The notes under the pieces are model-generated. The model made no database searches, was not told the DNA's origin, and saw only the letters and a program-made list of their open reading frames with translations. A stretch of 64,000 nt of DNA from a virus (lineage: Duplodnaviria; Caudoviricetes): positions 1,016 to 65,015 of the IMG/VR virus record IMGVR_UViG_3300009705_000015; one strand, 5' to 3'. The translations under genes and the position numbers were made by a program. Of this stretch, positions 60,530-64,000 are shown piece by piece. Every line of letters starts with the position of its first letter. Position 1 is the stretch's first letter.

Positions 60530-60880
60530 ATGAGCCAACAAACTGACTCCGCCCGAACCAACAACCTCGACCTTATGATTGCACAGGCAATGAAGTCGAA
60601 GTCCAAGAAGCAATACCGAGTCGCTGGCGTTATGGTCGTTGCTGACCAAGAGAAGTTCAACGCTGCGAACCGTGCCAAATTGCACATGAGCGCAGATGGC
60701 GAGCAAATCGTCTGGTCTCAAGCAATCGCTTCACTATCATCCAAAACCATCACCGACACTATCACTTTTATGAACAGCAACACTACTACATGGTGGGGCT
60801 ACCGAACAACCGAGTTCGTCGTCTATGATGTTCTTAACCAAGAAGTCGCATTCGTTGGCGTGGACCCACGCACCTTCTGA
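60530..60880 (+). CDS. hypothetical protein (class A cassette)
   Basis: cattgatataccgaacctcttataagggggg upstream. Confidence 0.65.
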   Translation: MSQQTDSARTNNLDLMIAQAMKSKSKKQYRVAGVMVVADQEKFNAANRAKLHMSADGEQIVWSQAIASLSSKTITDTITFMNSNTTTWWGYRTTEFVVYDVLNQEVAFVGVDPRTF

Positions 60881-60923
60881 ATCTGATTCGGTTTCATAAG
60901 GGTGGGTGAAACCCGTCTAATCC

Positions 60924-62948
60924 ATGACGGATGCAGATGCTACACCGAGCAAGCCAATCGTTAGGCAATCTGCAGATGCAGCGAGCCGCTATGAATCGAC
61001 TATCGCTGGATTCGATATGGCATTCACATTCCTATCATCTGCGAAGGGTCGGATGGACTTCACCGCCGAATATGAAGGCAAGCCACTTGGCAAGTTCAAT
61101 GTCCTCTCACAGCATTCTCTCGCACGATTGGCGAAGGCATTGAAATTAGAGGATTCAATAAAATCCGATTTCATCACCGCCGGATTGTCGGTCGGAATCT
61201 CTCTTCAAAATGGCGACTATGTTCCAGCAGCAATGCCAGATAGAATCGAGATTGAGCAAAATGAATATGAAGGCCGCAGTTCGTCATTAGGTGTTATTGA
61301 CTCCAATACGGTTGATACGTTCCTGAACCAAAAAAATCTGCTGGACAGAATAAATGAGATTCTTCACAGTTCACGATTGACTCCATTCATTGGTGATGAT
61401 GCCAACCTGCTGTTGACATTCTTGGTTTTCCTGTCATGCAAGACCGAGCATCCTTTGAATCTGGAGATGATTGGCGCATCATCATCTGGAAAAACATACT
61501 TGACATTGACGGCTCGGAATGGATTCCCCAAGTCAATGTGCATGGTCTTGGCCGGTGCATCCAAAGAGGCTCTGAAATATGATTATGACGAAGTGAGCGA
61601 CGATGGTGAGTATATCGTCAATGTCGGGAATCGCTGCATCGTGATTCTGGAAAAGGATGAATCTCTTCAATTCATGCGCCGAATGAAGCCGTTGATGTCT
61701 GGTGATGATAAAGAATTGCTGCGGAAAACCCCAATCAAGAATGAAATGACCGGCGAGATTGAAACCCGTGATTTCATCATTCGTGGCCAACCTTCATTCA
61801 TCACGCTGACGACTCGCAATCCAAGTGAAGAAGAACAAATCACCCGTCAATTACTAATGACTCCTGACACCACACCTGACAAGGTTGAAGCGGTTGTCTT
61901 CAATACTCTCCGAGCAAAGGCTCGCCCAGAAGAATTATCACTTCATCCCGATTTGCATCTGCTTCAAGCATCCATGTTGAAATTACAAAACCAACGAGTT
62001 CGGAATATATTCGCACCATTGATGGCTGACTTTTTTCCATCAACATCGGCACAGCACCAACGAGACATCACCAAAGTGTTGTCGATTATTGACACCATCA
62101 CGCTTCTGCATCAGAATCAACGACCGACACACGAATCAAACGATGAAGTATTCATATTGAGTTCGATAGAGGATAATGTTGCAGGTCTGATTCTTTGCGA
62201 TTTGGTTTTGAGAGCCAGCCTGTCTGGAGTTCCAGAGGATTCGTGGATGGTTTTCAACGAACTGAAGAAAATGGTTGACAGCAATCGAGGATTGTCGGAG
62301 GATAACATTCTCCAATGGTTGCACATTCACGCATTCTCATGCTCTAAGAACGCCCTCAAGGAGAAGCATCTGCCAACGCTGGAGGATGCGGGCTTGGTCG
62401 AAGTTAAGAGTCGTGGAGGTGGTCGTGGAGGTGGTCGAAAGACATGGAACATAGTCAAGACCCGAACAGGATTGATGGATAACTATGCGCTCGCACCATT
62501 ATTTATCGAAGCGGTTCGCAAGAATCTGAATAATACAATGGCCGACTTCAACGATATTCTGGAGGATGCCCTCCCAGCGATTATGAAATCGACACTTCGA
62601 GATGGAGATGCTGATTTATTGAAGCAGGCTGGTTGTTTGACCAAAGCCGATTCGCTGGTTTGGCGGTCGTTGATTCTCCCATCATACTTGACCGATACTT
62701 CAAAAGGAGTTCTCTATGATATTGTTGGCGATAGCCCACATAAGCCAACATTGTTTGGTTCACGCTGCTCGTGGCTCAATTTGAACGTGAAAGCGGTTGC
62801 GACCGATGCTCTCAAGGCCAAGAATAAGGTGCGAAAGAAGGTTCAAACAATAGCCCAGACTTCGCTTGAGTCAGACGATTCCGACCTGTGGGAACAGATT
62901 GCGAATGCACACCTTGACACCCTCGACCCAGACTATTCGGCTTCATAA
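60924..62948 (+). CDS. P-loop ATPase, putative replicative helicase-like protein with wHTH-like region
   Basis: Walker A GASSSGKT, VILE Walker B-like, ITLTT, E.ITR; lies next to the SSB gene. Confidence 0.7.
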   Translation: MTDADATPSKPIVRQSADAASRYESTIAGFDMAFTFLSSAKGRMDFTAEYEGKPLGKFNVLSQHSLARLAKALKLEDSIKSDFITAGLSVGISLQNGDYVPAAMPDRIEIEQNEYEGRSSSLGVIDSNTVDTFLNQKNLLDRINEILHSSRLTPFIGDDANLLLTFLVFLSCKTEHPLNLEMIGASSSGKTYLTLTARNGFPKSMCMVLAGASKEALKYDYDEVSDDGEYIVNVGNRCIVILEKDESLQFMRRMKPLMSGDDKELLRKTPIKNEMTGEIETRDFIIRGQPSFITLTTRNPSEEEQITRQLLMTPDTTPDKVEAVVFNTLRAKARPEELSLHPDLHLLQASMLKLQNQRVRNIFAPLMADFFPSTSAQHQRDITKVLSIIDTITLLHQNQRPTHESNDEVFILSSIEDNVAGLILCDLVLRASLSGVPEDSWMVFNELKKMVDSNRGLSEDNILQWLHIHAFSCSKNALKEKHLPTLEDAGLVEVKSRGGGRGGGRKTWNIVKTRTGLMDNYALAPLFIEAVRKNLNNTMADFNDILEDALPAIMKSTLRDGDADLLKQAGCLTKADSLVWRSLILPSYLTDTSKGVLYDIVGDSPHKPTLFGSRCSWLNLNVKAVATDALKAKNKVRKKVQTIAQTSLESDDSDLWEQIANAHLDTLDPDYSAS

Positions 62949-62972
62949 GGGTGGGGAATCTCTGGGTGAATT

Positions 62973-64000
62973 ATGTCAGCCAACAAGACTGCAACAACCG
63001 CCCTGCCTCCGACAGCATCCAAGCGACTCATGCCATTTATTGAGCGTGGGATTGCCAATGGGATATTCAAAGACGCATCTCCTGTGGTTGATATGTTCAA
63101 TCGAAAATCCCACGACGCTTCTCTAAAGGAGACCATTGATTCTCTTGGTGGACTTGCATCAGAAGTCGCTCAAGCATTCTTGACCGATATTGTCCTGACC
63201 GATTTGACTTCAATTCTTCGCCAAAAGCGATACGCTGCTCACGTTCAAGTGTGGTCGGTATCTCACAGCACCATTGGCGCTGCATCTGGCAATCCACGAC
63301 CTGTCTGCAACATATTCGGCCAAGCCGTTATGATGGATGGCGACGATGAAATGGATGCCGCACTATTCTCCATGTCTCTATGGGATGAGGATGCTTCTGT
63401 TGGTGATGATGTTGAAGTCGATGGCATCTATGAAGTCAGCGTTTCATGCCGCAATCTGGATGCACCTTCGCTTGATTTGAAGGCTCTCACAGGATTGACC
63501 TCATTCGTCGAAGAAGAATATGCTCACGCCGATTCAGTTCAATTGCTCAAAGACACATATGATGTTGTCGATATCGCAGACCTTGAAGACGACCTTTCCA
63601 AAGGCCGCAACGATTACCGTTTGATTGAAGCAACCGTGTCATATTCTGGAGTTCAGAACTCTCGTGCTGGCAACCAATTCGGCAAAATACTGTTGAAGGA
63701 TGAATCAACCATGACTCTCGAAGCAATCGAATCGGGCGAATCTCTGATGCTCAATGCACTTTGCTCTCCAGATATCGCTTTGAAGTTCGGCAAATACTCC
63801 AAAATCCTCGCTCTAATCACTACTAAAGTGCAAGGCGAATACGGCCTATCGGCGAACATTGCCGTTGCTGTTCCTGTGATTCTTGTTGCACCAATCCAAG
63901 CGGTTGCTGTTGTCAAGACTGAAAAAGAGGATGATGCTGCTGATTACTTCAAGAAGGCATCTGCTCAAGCAATCAGCCTTGATGATGATGATGATGATGA
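62973..64000 (+). CDS. OB-fold ssDNA-binding (RPA-like) protein, 3' truncated
   Basis: Own translation MSANKTATT...; SLWDEDA and FGKILLKDES OB-like motifs; poly-Asp run at the window end; missing from the ORF track because there is no stop. Confidence 0.6.
   Translation, partial: MSANKTATTALPPTASKRLMPFIERGIANGIFKDASPVVDMFNRKSHDASLKETIDSLGGLASEVAQAFLTDIVLTDLTSILRQKRYAAHVQVWSVSHSTIGAASGNPRPVCNIFGQAVMMDGDDEMDAALFSMSLWDEDASVGDDVEVDGIYEVSVSCRNLDAPSLDLKALTGLTSFVEEEYAHADSVQLLKDTYDVVDIADLEDDLSKGRNDYRLIEATVSYSGVQNSRAGNQFGKILLKDESTMTLEAIESGESLMLNALCSPDIALKFGKYSKILALITTKVQGEYGLSANIAVAVPVILVAPIQAVAVVKTEKEDDAADYFKKASAQAISLDDDDDD

Noticed and set aside
1-64000. tRNA, rRNA, tmRNA, RNase P or SRP genes
   Set aside because: No cloverleaf/T-loop or other hallmark motif seen by eye; tRNAscan-SE and Rfam scans are needed to exclude them formally.
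63981-64000. (GAT)n microsatellite
   Set aside because: Encodes the poly-Asp run of the SSB-like protein.
1-64000. Integrase, transposase or provirus boundary
   Set aside because: None recognised, and there are no host housekeeping genes in the window.

Overview
This 64-kb window is part of a tailed dsDNA virus genome (HK97 capsid, siphovirus-like tail, no sheath gene seen). The host is most likely archaeal: many genes start about 27-32 nt after a TATA-like box (leaderless transcripts) and there is an RPA-like gene. A marine Poseidoniales (MGII) 'magrovirus' is my inference, not a database result. The morphogenesis genes are a putative TerS, TerL, a portal-MuF fusion, prohead protease/scaffold, major capsid protein, connectors, tail tube, a chaperone with a GGGGGAA -1 frameshift site, tape measure and very large tail proteins. 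Also present are a C5 DNA methyltransferase with a repeat-expanded variable region, a DenV-like glycosylase, an HNH nuclease, a GT-B glycosyltransferase, a SprT protease, a Rad3/DinG helicase, a P-loop ATPase and an OB-fold SSB. The most striking unexplained signal is a promoter motif (ATTGATA, repeated 16-17 bp later as TTGATA[T/A]AG) found about 20 times. It drives single-gene cassettes scattered through the structural module. At four sites no ORF follows it; instead there are long, highly base-paired non-coding stretches of about 155, 250, 420 and 500 nt, which suggests a co-regulated set of undescribed viral ncRNAs. All protein calls come from motif recognition by eye; no searches or folding programs were run.
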